This document shows, in pieces, positions 42,585-55,079 of a stretch of 64,000 nt of DNA. Every line of letters starts with the position of its first letter. Positions within the stretch are counted from its first letter, which is position 1. The stretch comes from Eledone cirrhosa (Eukaryota). Both the position numbers and the translations under genes were made by a program. The notes below the pieces were generated by a model. The model made no database searches. It saw only the letters and a program-made list of their open reading frames with translations, and had not been told where the DNA came from. The stretch is taken from the NCBI GenBank assembly GCA_964016885.1, contig OZ024742.1:69750001-69814000 (forward strand). The letters run 5' to 3'.

Positions 42585-43545
42585 ATCTTTCTTTATTTGT
42601 CACAGGCGGGTACAAAGATGGGACATTATAAGACGTAACGGCGGGGGTTTTACATAAAAATCATATAACTTTAACATTAATAAATAACAATAAACTATAT
42701 ATATAATAAAATAACAATTAAAATCCCCAATAGGGGGGCACGTTGCTACAGGTTTGTTTAACACCCCGTGGATAGAACAACCCTCACTACCAGGAACACG
42801 TTTTGTAGGTCTTCCCGTCTTCCCTCTGTTTATCTTCCTCAACCTACAGGTTTATATACAGAGAAGGCCCATTCACTCGGACCATTTTCGCCACATTCAC
42901 TCACCTTTCAGCGAATTTACTGGGGTGTAGCACATCTCTCACCACTCTCACCTTCCTTCTGAAGTGGTACTTAAAGAAGGGGATGAGTTGTTGTCCCGAG
43001 AGAAAGGTGTTTGTCCTCAGTCCTTTTAAGCTCGTCCACCATATTACCTCTTTCGCCATAGCCACCAGACAGAGGAAAACCGCCTCTCCTTCATTCTTAA
43101 ATGGGGTCATCCTCACTATGGACTCAGCTGACAACTGGATGCATCCCACGCATGACAGTAGCTGTTCAACAGAACTCCACAGGTCGGTCACCCCTGGACA
43201 CTGAACAATTACGTGCAGAATGGTTTTGATGTTCTGCTCGCATCTTGGACAGGTCATTTTGGCAGGATCTCTGCCAGGGCGTCCGTGCCTGTAGATTTTG
43301 TCTCGAACTGGTAGAGCTCCTCGGTAGCAGTGCCAGGCCAGAGACCTCCGGAAGTTATCCATAGGCCCGGACGGAAAATCCTCCCGAACAGACTGGTCAG
43401 TTCGTCCTCCTCGATGCCTAGAGTTTCCCCGAGAACGTTATCGCTCTTATCCTCCACTAATCCCCTATAGAATGTCGAAGTGGAGTCTCCGCTGATTGCT
43501 GTTTCCGCTTGGTAGAGGGCTGTGAGCGCCTGAAGGCACTCGAGG
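42585..43545 (-). mobile_element. Tx1 family D, 5'-truncated 3' fragment
   Basis: ORF2 C-terminal homology (CYRGALPVRDKIYRHGRPGRDPAKMTCPRC); distinct 3' UTR; GATA units at both ends. Confidence 0.85.
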
Positions 43546-45374
43546 GGCGATATATAGATAGATAAATCTGTATATATACAGAGCGTGTAACCGAGACTGA
43601 ACCAACGTGTAAATATATGCACATATCTAACATGTAGGTATGTAATCATGCCAGGAATTTCCCTATAAATTGAAAAAATATGAACATCTTTAATTGATTT
43701 TACTTTCTAATTGGATCTAATTGTTCAGTTATACCAGGCGTCTGACATTTAGAAATAGCACTTGTGTGACATTTGTGGTGTCAATGGTGGCTGCTGATAT
43801 GTCATTTGCATGGGTATCAGTGGTAGCCACCCTGGGCCCTTTATTTGTGGTGGTCGCAAGTGTTGATGTGACTGACTTTGGCGTTGTATTTGATGAAACC
43901 AAGTCAACTGTCTCACAATCTTTGCCGCTATACTTTTAAGAAAGACTGTTGTTCTGCAGCTACAGCTTGTACTGCTTCCACATACTGTTTCCTCTTCATC
44001 GGGCAGTGTTTGCAACCTCGGCATACTTCCTAGGCAGTGATCCTGAGTACTGTGTTGGTTGCACATGATGGTTTTGGCTTGAGTAGTTGGCATGAGCAGG
44101 AAGGCGCAACTTGCATAGGGCCCGGGTGTGCAAAACTGCAGCATGTCCCAGCTTCCCCATGCCAGGAGGTCCATTTCTTGTAGAACTTAGAGAGTTCTTG
44201 GGCTTTCTTTTTCCCATGGTCTCTGTTTTATTAGTTCTAGTCTTCTACCCCTTGACATTTAGCCACTGGTTATCTCCTGTCTGTTTATATGCGTTTTTCT
44301 TCTTAGTAGCGTCCGTTCTATAGTTTACCTTTGCTGCATTCCAATATTTCATTTTGTTATCCATCTTCTTCACTGATGTTGTCTGCGGCACAAACCATCT
44401 CCCTCTCGGCGACTTTCCTTCAGGGCTTCCATGGGTCCTTTGCAACTCGTATTTCTTTTTTTCTTTTTGGTCTTCTTTCGTCTCTTCTGTGAAAATATGA
44501 CTCAGCTGATCCATGCGTGGACTAACAAGTGAGTAGTCACGAAAACAATTCTCTTTCGCTGTATCTGTGCCGAAACCACAGCTCTGCAGGATCTTCTTAA
44601 TTAGTTTGTTTGAAAGAGAAACTGAGCATGATTTCTAGTTCCTTTAGTTTCCTGTTTCAATGAATTCGCATCACATTTACCAGAGCCTTTGTATCTGTAT
44701 TGACTTCCATACTTCAATTATAATAATCAATTATTTTTTTAAAAAAAACGAAATACAATTACTATTACTCTACAATCATAATACCTTACCTTAACGAAAA
44801 ATAACAATACAGGGCACCAATTAAAAACATAAATAAAGCAAAATACAATTACTATCTCAGAAAATAAGATAAGTAAAAAATATTGAGAAATAAGATAAAC
44901 AAAACTGATTATTGTACGTTCTGCCTGTGGCAAAATAAAAATAAAAATAAAAATAAGAATTTGTATAGTGTATGTCCTTCAGACACCAAAGCAATTATTG
45001 AAAATATGAAACAAAAAAAGGAAGATAGGAATAGAATACAAATATCATTTACCCAGTATTTAAAGTGAAAACATAACGATGTATCGGATATAGAATATAT
45101 AAACAAGGCTTGCAGGTTTAAAATAGATAAAATAAATTGACTTACTGTAGCACGTGCTCAAGTACATGTTTCACAAATATCGATGAAAAGACAGATTTTT
45201 TTAGAGAATACAGGCCATGTTTTCAGAAATTCAGATATGTACATATTTCTAATTTACAATGTTTTGAAACTGGTTTTTATACAGGTAAATTATTGTTTTA
45301 ACGAGGTTTCTTTTTTACGAGTGAAGAAAACGACGTGGAGAGACCAGCTTATACGAAACAATCTCGTATATATA

Positions 45375-46045
45375 TCTATCCATTCCATATATCAAACGAA
45401 AACCTTAATTATGTTAGCTTCCATTCAAACCATCCTAGAATCGCTAAAAGGGCCATAGTTAATAGTGTTCAACAAAGAATCTCCACACTCTCAGCTAACA
45501 AAGAAATTTTCGAGAGTAAGGCTAAATACTATAACAATGCTTTAAATAGAGCAGGTTACCCTGATAAAATTGTGTACATAGACAAAATTCATTACACCCT
45601 CCACCCCGTATAGAAATCAGCATACAATAGATATTAACACAACACACATACAGTTTATAATAATTCTAATAATGCTGATAATCAAAACCTAAGATATGGA
45701 GTCAGGACAAATCCTATTTCGACTCGATATAACTCCTATAAAACCAATAGGTCTTGTAAAAGAGTTTGATACCGTTCTGTTATGTGTCCAGGTCAGTCTA
45801 AAATATTTTACTATGTCCTGTATTTTCCGTTGCTGTGGTAATGCGGCTGGACTGCCGATCACTATATTTGATTTGCTAAGCTGTCTAAACGTATTGTTAA
45901 CTCCTATAAAACCAATAGGTCTTGTAAAAGAGTTTGATACCGTTCTGTTATGTGGTATAGTCCACCATTATCTTTAGGAATCAAGAACTTAACTTATCTT
46001 TTCTTTAATTCTCTTGATAAATGTTTTCCAAAATCACAATAGTTA
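45375..46045 (+). pseudogene. Remnant of a PLE related to the 3.1-4.7 kb element
   Basis: YPFHISNENLNYVSFHSNHP...VNSVQQRIS...ALNRAGY and VMWYSPPLSLGIK...LDKCFPK match the 3296 ORF; interrupted by a 57-bp direct duplication (45730-45786, 45898-45954). Confidence 0.75.
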
Positions 46046-47127
46046 ATATTTTCCTCTATTCGTATAATACCTACTTAAATATAATTGTTGAAAGGATAAA
46101 TTAAGCACTTCTTTTGATCTAAATAATTTATCTCATAGTATTATAACCAAATCAATTACATAAAAAACCCATACCAATTGTTAAATGTTTCCACTCATAT
46201 CATATCAATTTAAATTATACATAAGCATAGATAATTTACCTTTGAATTTTGTTATCCTAATTTTTCTTCTATAGTTACAATATTACTTTAGCATCCTCGA
46301 ATATTTTTTCTTTGGTATAGTATATATTATTTTTGGTATAGTATCTATCTTAAGCTAATATAAGTAACATATAAACTGTCTAACGGTCTATATATATATT
46401 TTTTGGCCAATCTAATAACGTCATATTTTAAATAATTTCAAAAATGTTAAGTCCAACTGTATTTTTCTCCCACTCACGTAACGTCTCCTGTGTTGGTTTT
46501 TTTTTCTAATCATATGCTTGGTTGTCACCTATCTGTCCAGCTCGTTTGACCGCCAGTATATAAAAAGAATCCTGCATCTCCTATGCATTTTGTCTGCCGA
46601 GAACATGTTTTGGATTATGTTATACATAAGCCTTGCATCTTCGAAATATGCAATAATAAAATAAATAGAGCTGATCTAAAGTAACTATCTTTCGTTTATT
46701 ATTTTTACCATTATATATATATATATATGAAAACTTAAGTAAGTGACATAGTCACTACTTTAAAACTGATAGCGTATGGTCTTCAACATGTTTTTAATTA
46801 AGCATACGGTATATTACCAAATATACTATACTTACATTCATATATATATATATATATGGGGTAACAAGTTATCGTTATAGGTAATCCAGGTAGAGGTTGT
46901 GAGTACTCTGCGTCGTGGATAGTTTTAACGTACGGCTATGTTTAACTCAAAAAGATGTTTCCATAGTCAGGCAGCAAGTTCGTGATAATTCCTATGTAGG
47001 TTATACTTGGAGTAATAATAGTGAAAGAATGAAGAGTAACATGGTTGGCTGTACAACAAGGGGCTTTATTTCAGGTATTAACAATTGTTTCATTGATCAG
47101 GTGAGTCTAGAGGCCGCTGATCGCTCA

Positions 47128-47246
47128 AAGTTGCGTCACTCGATCTCCATTACATTATTTACCTCTGATAAAATCCTCAGAATACTGAGTATTCTGAGGA
47201 TTTGATCAGAGGTAAATAATGTAATGGAGTTCGACTGACGCAACTT
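47128..47246. repeat. Short inverted repeat (about 58-bp arms) ending in (TA)n
   Basis: AAGTTGCGTCA...CCTCAGAATACT / AGTATTCTGAGG...TGACGCAACTT. Confidence 0.7.
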
Positions 47247-47405
47247 ATATATATATATATATATATATATGTAGATAAATCTACCAAGAGTTTACGGTAG
47301 TGTCCAATCCGTATGGAGAACTCAATGTATTCCGGATATCATGGAAAGAAGAGATGTAATGAAAAACCACTTTCGGTGAAAGATAAACGGTATACAGAGT
47401 CAAGA

Positions 47406-47820
47406 TAAAATATTAAACAAATAATGAATAAACAATTCCTTATATTAAACAAAAAAAGTTCATTATTTAACGATCGTTTCTAGGATATATATGTGTTAGA
47501 ATTGGTATGCATATTCAACAGATCTATGTACAAAATTATACAAAATTATACAAATTATCAAGATTAAATATACATACCAAACACATATATACGCCGTCTT
47601 CAGAAATAATATTTATTTATTTCTGAAGACGGCGTATATATGTGTTTGGTATGTATATTTAATCTTGATAATTTGTATAATTTTGTATAATTTTGTACAT
47701 AGATCTGTTGAATATGCATACCAATTCTAACACATATATATCCTAGAAACGATCGTTAAATAATGAACTTTTTTTGTTTAATATAAGGAATTGTTTATTC
47801 ATTATTTGTTTAATATTTTA
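47406..47820. mobile_element. Fold-back with 204-bp arms, apparently perfect, each containing a long-stem-II HHR (47463-47609 minus, 47617-47763 plus)
   Basis: TTATTT-CTGAAGA-[116 nt foldable]-GAA-ACGATCGT-T-AAATAA. Confidence 0.75.
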
Positions 47821-47850
47821 TATATATATATATATATATAATGGTAAAAG

Positions 47851-48150
47851 TAATTGTTTCTACTTTTGGCTCAAGGCCAGCAATTATCCCAGTGCTTTAC
47901 TGGTACTTTATTTTATCGACCCCGTAAGGATGAAAGGCAAAGTTAACCTCGGCGGGATTTGAACTCAGATCATAAAGGGAGGTAACTCTATGCTTCAAAG
48001 CATGGCGTCCGACCGTTACCGATACTGCCAATCCACAGCCCTGGTAAAAATAATTATTTCTCCTTTTGGCACAAAGCCAGCAAATATTCCAGTACATTAC
48101 TGGTACTTTATTTTATCGACCCCGTAAGGATGAAAGGCAAAGTTAACCTC
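47851..48150 (-). mobile_element. tRNA-derived SINE (47851-48040) plus tandem partial copy (48054-48150)
   Basis: Same family as 6619. Confidence 0.75.
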
Positions 48151-48210
48151 TGCTAATAAACGAGAGATAGTTACTTTAGATCATCTCTAGTTATGTGTAT
48201 ATATATATCA

Positions 48211-48259
<49 letters not shown>

Positions 48260-48843
48260 CTTCAAAATATTAATAAATATAGAGATTCATGTGATCAAAT
48301 ATATTTTATTATACATATTTCAGAGATACTGAGCTGTTTCAACAGTACGTCCTCATCAGATAAAATAAGTTGATGCCTGACATACCTTGACTATGTTGAT
48401 GGTTATAATTTAGTCATGGCAGTGATTAGTTATGACAAAACTCGATATTTATATACCTTAAGTTGAAACATGAAAAATTACATATAATACAGAGGGTATA
48501 TAAATATTGAGTTTTGTCATAACTAATCACTGCCATGACTAAATTATAACCATCAACATAGTCAAGGTATGTCAGGCATCAACTGATATGTTGATTTAAA
48601 ACTGCACTATTAACAAGTGTTTTTTAGCCTTCATATCATGTTCTCCTATTTTATCTGATGAAAACGCAAATATTATTGTTTGATGATGTTTGTTTTTGAA
48701 ATGCGCATAATAAAATATATGGAACTCCTTTAACCATCTTTTGATCTTATATTATGCATACTCCAGTCCCACAAACTGTAGAGTGCTTCTTATCCGATAT
48801 CTGCATTGCTTTATTGTACTACAATAAAACTCACCTCCTACAT

Positions 48844-48845
<2 letters not shown>
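48260..48845. mobile_element. Composite PLE-tail insert: one fold-back family (HHR 48304-48365 minus) fused to a second family (HHR 48649-48715 plus)
   Basis: Inverted arms about 48369-48457 and 48495-48584; TTTTAT-CTGATGA...GAA-ATGCGCAT-A-ATAAAA; 48586-48843 matches 50805-51230. Confidence 0.7.
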
Positions 48846-48874
<29 letters not shown>

Positions 48875-48936
48875 ATATACATTCAATCAAGCCTCCAAAA
48901 ATTAAAATCCAAAAATAATCAATTAAAATAACTGAC

Positions 48937-49008
48937 CCGGGCCATGGTATCTTGGCTCCACTGATTCTTCAAGCTCAGTCGGTACAAACTGTCTATGGGA
49001 CCTTTAAC
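48937..49008 (-). CDS. Probable second coding exon of the gustatory-receptor-like gene (VKGPIDSLYRLSLKNQWSQDTMAR)
   Basis: Strong acceptor (long pyrimidine tract ending AATTCAG), 72 nt open in phase 0, donor GTCAGT; in frame with the 51747 donor. Confidence 0.65.
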
Positions 49009-49472
49009 CTGAATTAAAGGAAAAAAAAAGAGAAGAAAGCTTTCAGTATACTCATGTGTTTAATGACGTTGTTGTTGTTCTTGCTGTTGTTGGTGGCGGT
49101 TTTGGTTGGAGTGATGCCGTTGTTGTTGTTGTTGATGATGCTGATGTTGTTGTTTTTTTGGTGGTGGCGGTGGTGATGGTGGTGATGGTGGTGTTATTGT
49201 TGTGCCACAGGTTGATACTAAACGACCGTTTCTCCACTCGACTGTCGCGTCCCTCAAGAATCTAGTGTGTGATTTGAGCAATATTTGACTGTTATTTTTA
49301 ACAGGATGAGCGACTCAATAGTCCTTCTTAAATTAGCTACAATTGTTGTTCTTTCGTATACCTGAGCCCACTTTCAATCTTCATTGAGCAGATCAATACT
49401 TGAAAGCATTCTAGCCAGAACTATCTTATTTTTTAAGTGTATCGTAATCTACATCATATAATGTGTCTACAC

Positions 49473-49788
49473 CAGGGGTGTGCAACATATTCCATTGGCG
49501 GGCCACTTTTGAACATCGGAACAACTATTAGGGCCATTAATATTTATTAAGCACCTTTCCAAAGATTCACCACAACTTCTTTCCATAACATGGAACTGGG
49601 AAATTATGACACATAACCGTATCAGTGAAGCCCTTTAGTATAGGTCAACTAACAGAACATTGTATTACGGTTACCAAAAGATTCTATATCAGCCTACAAG
49701 GTAAAAATTAAAAACGGTCATTGCGGGCCACTCTTACTTGTCTGGCGGGTCAAATTGTGGCCCGCGGACCAAATGTTGCATGACCCTG
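49473..49788. mobile_element. hAT (Charlie-type) MITE
   Basis: Termini CAGGGGT...ACCCTG with internal GCGGGCCAC/GTGGCCCGC inverted motifs; 8-bp TSD GTCTACAC/GTCTACTC. Confidence 0.75.
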
Positions 49789-50804
49789 GTCTACTCCATC
49801 CAATGTTTCCCTTTCAAGACAGTAAAATATGATTTAATGGAAATTTGGCTGCGCTTTCTAGCAGATCACTTGGTCACGTAGATGTTTCCTAATTTGATAA
49901 TATTTGAAAACGTGGGATTTTGTGTGGCGTATATTAACAAGAACTTTAACAACCGCATCAGTAATGCCAATAACTAAAATAACACCAATAAATACAATAA
50001 CAAGACAAACATCAGCAGCGAGAACACCAACAACAATTACAACAACAGTAAGAAAAACTATAACAATCGCAACACTAGTAATTATAACATTAACGGCTTT
50101 AGCAACATCCTCATAAATAACACATCCGTCACAACAATAATAACAACAACGGTAAGGACAACAGCAATATTATTAACAACAGGATCTGTAACAACAACAA
50201 CAATGACAACCACAAAGAACAAACGTTAAATTGAAATCTGAATATTTCGCTGCTATTTCTAACATCCTGAAAGACACAACACATAGACACATCTACATTT
50301 TTCCTGGGCACTACTAAAAAATCCTCCCCCGGGACGCTGTTATATTAAGCGAGAACACAACTTCAACACTATTCTACAAACACATTATCTCCAACTCAGA
50401 TTATAATATAACCACAGATTTGAATGGGAATGCTGGGATTTTTCGCGGAGAAACAAATACAATTAACTAGAATCCTCCAAATGGCGGTAAAGGGAAGATT
50501 TGCAAGAAATTCTAAATATGTTGTTTTAGTTTCCTGAAATGAATATTATGCAAACAATGACACGCGTGCGTATGACACACACATACATAAAGAGTAATCA
50601 CACACACACACACACACACATATATATAAATATAAACACCTGTACACTGTTACAACATTATTAATCTCACTAGATCCAAACACAGTACTGAGAAGTACAC
50701 TACCAACAATTATTACAGAGAAACACAGCAATAGTTACTCTCTGTTACGTTTATATATTTTCACCCCCTCCCCCTCTCTCTCTCTCTATATATATATATA
50801 TATG

Positions 50805-51232
50805 TGTAGGAGGTGAGTTTTATTGTAGCACAATAAAGCAATGCAAATATCGGATAAGTAGCACTCTACAGTTTGTAGGACTGGAGTATAAATAATATAA
50901 GATCAAAAGATGGTTAAAAGAGTTCCAAGTATTTTATTATACGCATTTCAAAAACAAATATCATCATGAGATGACATCTACGTTTTCATCAGATAAAATA
51001 GGGATACATGATATAAAGGTTAAAAAACACTTGTGAACAGTGAAGTTATAAATCAACATATGTTGATTTATAACTTCACTGTTCACAAGTGTTTTTTAAC
51101 CTTTATATCATGTATCCCTATTTTATCTGATGAAAACGTAGATGTCATCTCATGATGATATTTGTTTTTGAAATGCGTATAATAAAATACTTGGAACTCT
51201 TTTAACCATCTTTTGATCTTATATTATTTATA
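50805..51232. mobile_element. Spacerless palindrome (50887-51232, centre 51059/60) of an HHR-bearing PLE tail; HHRs at 50932-50998 (minus) and 51121-51187 (plus)
   Basis: Arms appear to be exact reverse complements; TTTTAT-CTGATGA...GAA-ATGCGTAT-A-ATAAAA. Confidence 0.8.
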
Positions 51233-51670
51233 TATATGTGTGTGTGCGTGTGTGTGTGTGTTTCAAGAGCTAGATCCGACCTCAGCCGTCGGGGTCCTGA
51301 ATTTTTTCATATTACCCACTGTACTACCCCAAGTATCGAGTACTCTGGTGCGTTATGGTCCACCTGGTATCTTACCACACCCTTTCTCATATATATATAT
51401 ATATATACAAAATGCTTGAGGTATGACCACTGTACCATACTTATGACGTGTGACGTGATGTCTTGCATGCATGTGCATTGTCCCCTTTCTGCGCCACACA
51501 AGGTACGTTACTACTTGTGTGTTTGTAGTGTACGCATATGTGTGTGTGTCTTTGCATATACGTGCATAAGCACTTTGAAACTAAACATAAATTGCGTATA
51601 AGAAAATAATAAACTCGTTAATATGTATGTGTGTGTTGATGCATGAGTATGTGTGCGTCTATGTGTGTGC

Positions 51671-51719
<49 letters not shown>

Positions 51720-51746
51720 GGTATATAAATATGAAAATCAACGTAC

Positions 51747-52829
51747 AGCAAACTGTATTGAGATACCGCTATAGAGAGCAAAGATTGCCAACAAAGTTTG
51801 TGTTACTGTCATTGAGGATACTACCATTTTTTCATCAAAATTCACATCCGTCTGAAATATGACGTAAATCAGCATACACGCAACGATAAGAGTGAATAAG
51901 AAGAGGTCGACTATATAGATGGAGAATTGTGTGTTGATTCGATCCAACAGCTCCATTATCTCTTCATATTTCTTCTGAAGATAAATCAACTTGCTGTTAA
52001 TGTTGTTAGTTGTTTTTTGTTTGTCGTCTAGCAGCTTCAATTCCTGCGTGAGTGCATGTAGCTCGGAACATATTATTTTCACCAGGAAATAAAGTAACAT
52101 CTCGTCGCTTAGTATCCTAGATGCGATGAACCAACTTAAAAGTAGGTAGTTTATAGTTTCAGCTACTGGATTTCTCCATATTGGTATTTGTGTTAAGGTG
52201 TTCATTGTAGTATTCATGAATTCACTATTACTGAATATTAGGATAATTGATATAGCAAGGATTATTACGATAGCTGAAATCACTACAGTCAATTTAATGG
52301 TCCACTTTAATTTCCTGAAATAATCTTGGTTCTTCAGAAAAACATAAGTCGTAAATTTCTTGATTAATCTTCTGCCAAACACATTATTAATGATAAATTT
52401 CATGCCATGATTCAAAATTTCCATAAAATAGAAGAACACGAAGTTTAAGTAAACGATAAATTTCCCTTTACTCAACTCTGTGTCTACCATTATACATAGC
52501 CGTATTAGATTCCAAAGTAATAATAGAAAAACAATACACTGGAAAACTTTAAATAACTTCTGTTGAGGCCTGGTTAAATAATTTGAAGGTTGCATCTCTT
52601 GACCGCTGAATAGTGTGAAATATATTAAGGGTTTAAACGTTTCCATCAGAATTTCTTTACTTGGATCTTGTTTCGATCGCCAGTGGTCAATATTAGTGGA
52701 AGTGCTACAAAAAGATAAGGCAACACTGGTGATAACAGAGGGAGTATGATGCTGACTTTGTGAATTATTATTCTTTTGTTCGTGTTCTGAAATAACTGAT
52801 ACTCTTGAGTTTGGCGAACATTTTGCCAT
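51747..52829 (-). CDS. Gustatory-receptor-like (GRL / 7tm chemoreceptor superfamily) gene, large first coding exon
   Basis: 361 codons with about 6 hydrophobic helices. GR-like segment IICSELHALTQEL...LQKKYEEIMELLDRINTQFSIYI. Phase-0 donor GCT/GTACGT at 51746. Family assignment is by eye. Confidence 0.7.
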
Positions 52830-52869
52830 TATTTTGCTGCTTCTCGGAGCCGCCTGTATTTGTAGTGAG

Positions 52870-53645
52870 CCTTTGATTATTGTTGCAGTTGTTGTTATTG
52901 TTGTGGTAGTTTAGTTTATATCGTTAGTGAATGGGGTGGAGTTGGCGGTAGTGGTATATTTTATATTGCAGGTTGTATTGATGGCAGTGGTAGTAGTGAT
53001 GATCTCTGTGATGGTGGACACATGCTATTGTCTATATTGGTGGTGGTGGTGATGGTGTCTGTAATGGCGGTGAAAGTTGTAGCAGCTATAGTGGTAGAAT
53101 CTGTAGTGGTGACTGTAGTGGAGAGGGATGCAATGATGGTAGCTGTAGTGATGGTGGTTGCTGTAATGGTGGCGGACGTAGTAGTGGTAATTAAAATGGT
53201 AGTGGATGTTGTACTGTCAAGGATAATAATGTGGTATTGGTAAATGTAGCAATGATGGTAGCTGTCATGCGAGAAATAGTGAGAGAGGTGTCTCGTGGTG
53301 TCGGCTACGGATATCTTTGAAGGTTATTGTAAATGCAGTGTCTGTGGCTAAAGTAAAACTAATACCTGTAGTGGTGACAGTATCTGTAGTGGTGGTGACA
53401 GTGGCTGTAGTGGTGGCGGTAGTTATTGTTGTGATGGTGATAGTGTCTGTAGTGGTGGTGGTGGTAATAGTGGTTGCTGTGGTAACTATAGCTGTAATGG
53501 TTGTGGTAGTGGCTGTAGTGGTGGTAATAGTGACTGAGTGACTGTAGTGGTGGTGATAGTGGCTGTAGTGGTGGTGATAGTAGCTGTAGTGGTGGTGGTA
53601 GTGATGTTGTGATGGTGGTAGTGGTTGTAGTTGTGGTGATAGTGC
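52870..53645. repeat. Degenerate (GTG/GTA/GAT) trinucleotide low-complexity tract
   Basis: Repeated GTAGTGGTGGTGATAGTGGCT-like units. Confidence 0.8.
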
Positions 53646-54449
53646 AGATGAGAAAATTGGCTCATCTGTTGTAATGTGTTTATAATGTTGTCCTACAATG
53701 ATGCATGTCATATATCGTTTAGGTAATGTATATAACGTCGTCTTCATTAGGTAAGATATAGTAGTGATACATTTACTATAGTGTTGGTAAAATGTATATA
53801 CTGTACAATTGAAGTGATGAAGCATCCGATAATGTTCAAGTGACATGTTTCATATATTTTGTGAGGCGAAATATATAATATAATGTTTGTAAATATATAA
53901 TATAATGTTTGTATAATACATAACAGACTCAACAGTTGCCGTGGAGAAAAAAAAAAACACTTTACACTCTGGAGACTTGACATTATTTATGTAACCATAT
54001 GCATTTATATTAAGTATCAATATAAAGAGCTATTCAATTACAAAGGTTAACCACACCCAAACACATACACATTCAGAAACACGCACACACATACATGCAC
54101 ACAAACATATACACAATTATAGGTACATCTCAATAAAAAAAAACGTCCATTATTGATCGGATTCATAGATTAAGAGATTACTTATCAGAGTAAGTGATAC
54201 AATTTCCATTCTATTTTGAAGCAGATTTCAATTCATTTTATTCTTTCTATTTATTTATCTATTTAGTTATTCATTTAATGAATTTAGATGTCCGTATACA
54301 GCTAGTAACTAGTACTTCTTAAGTTGTCAAAGAAAATTAGAAATTAAAATATTAAAAAACATAAAATAAATGTTTATAGGAAAGGCCAAAGAGAGACAAA
54401 ATAAGCATAAAAAAAGATAAAAAATAAATTGAAATCAAGAGAAGCTGCA

Positions 54450-54850
54450 AAGTAGCTAGAAGGTTGCTAAATATTTTCATAACCTCGATGTACTCTAAAA
54501 TTTTGTTTATAATTGGTAGATCTTTTACAACATATTGTGTCTCCAATCTTGATAGTTTTTAATGAACTGCTTCAAGATGTCCTCTCCCACACTGGTAGTA
54601 ACTAAATATATTTGTAAAAATCATGAAAGCCGCATATTCATCACTTTGTAAATGTCCCTAATCCTGGGTGATAAATTATAGCTAGCGAATATCTTAGATA
54701 ACGAACTTCAGAGGAGGCTTTCAATTCCAGTTTAGAATATTTTTACATGTTTGACGCTAATTAAGATTCGCAGGAGTGTAGCACCCTGTTATACATTGAC
54801 TAAGCTATGAAATAAAAATCATTTCAAATTATTAAATCGAACTATTATAA
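54450..54850 (-). mobile_element. Possible highly decayed CR1/L2-like LINE 3' end
   Basis: Fragmentary IYKVMN...RGH...SRL translation only. Confidence 0.3.
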
Positions 54851-55044
54851 CAAACACGTCAATATCAAATCAGATATTATATTTACTCATCTCACTCCTA
54901 CGCGAATATGATAAACTTATTATTTGACAATATTTGAATAATGTTTAAGTGAGTAGGGATTGTCCGTCGGATTATTATTTTGTTAATTATCTGATCAAAT
55001 CTAAATAGAACGGAAAAGCTGTTAAACAATTCTATTGTATGGTG

Positions 55045-55073
<29 letters not shown>

Positions 55074-55079
<6 letters not shown>

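Noticed and set aside
17449-43204. Many plus-strand and alternate-frame ORFs across the Tx1 stack
   Set aside because: They are antisense or shadow frames of ORF1/ORF2 and recur only because the element is repeated.
43749-44514. Cluster of short minus-strand ORFs, possibly a gag-like remnant or exon
   Set aside because: No recognisable motif or clear splice structure.
49208-49900. Older interspersed repeat hosting the hAT MITE
   Set aside because: It resembles a common repeat, but boundaries and class cannot be supported from this window alone.
53022-53846. Mucin-like Thr/Val-rich ORFs
   Set aside because: They arise from degenerate trinucleotide repeats open on both strands.
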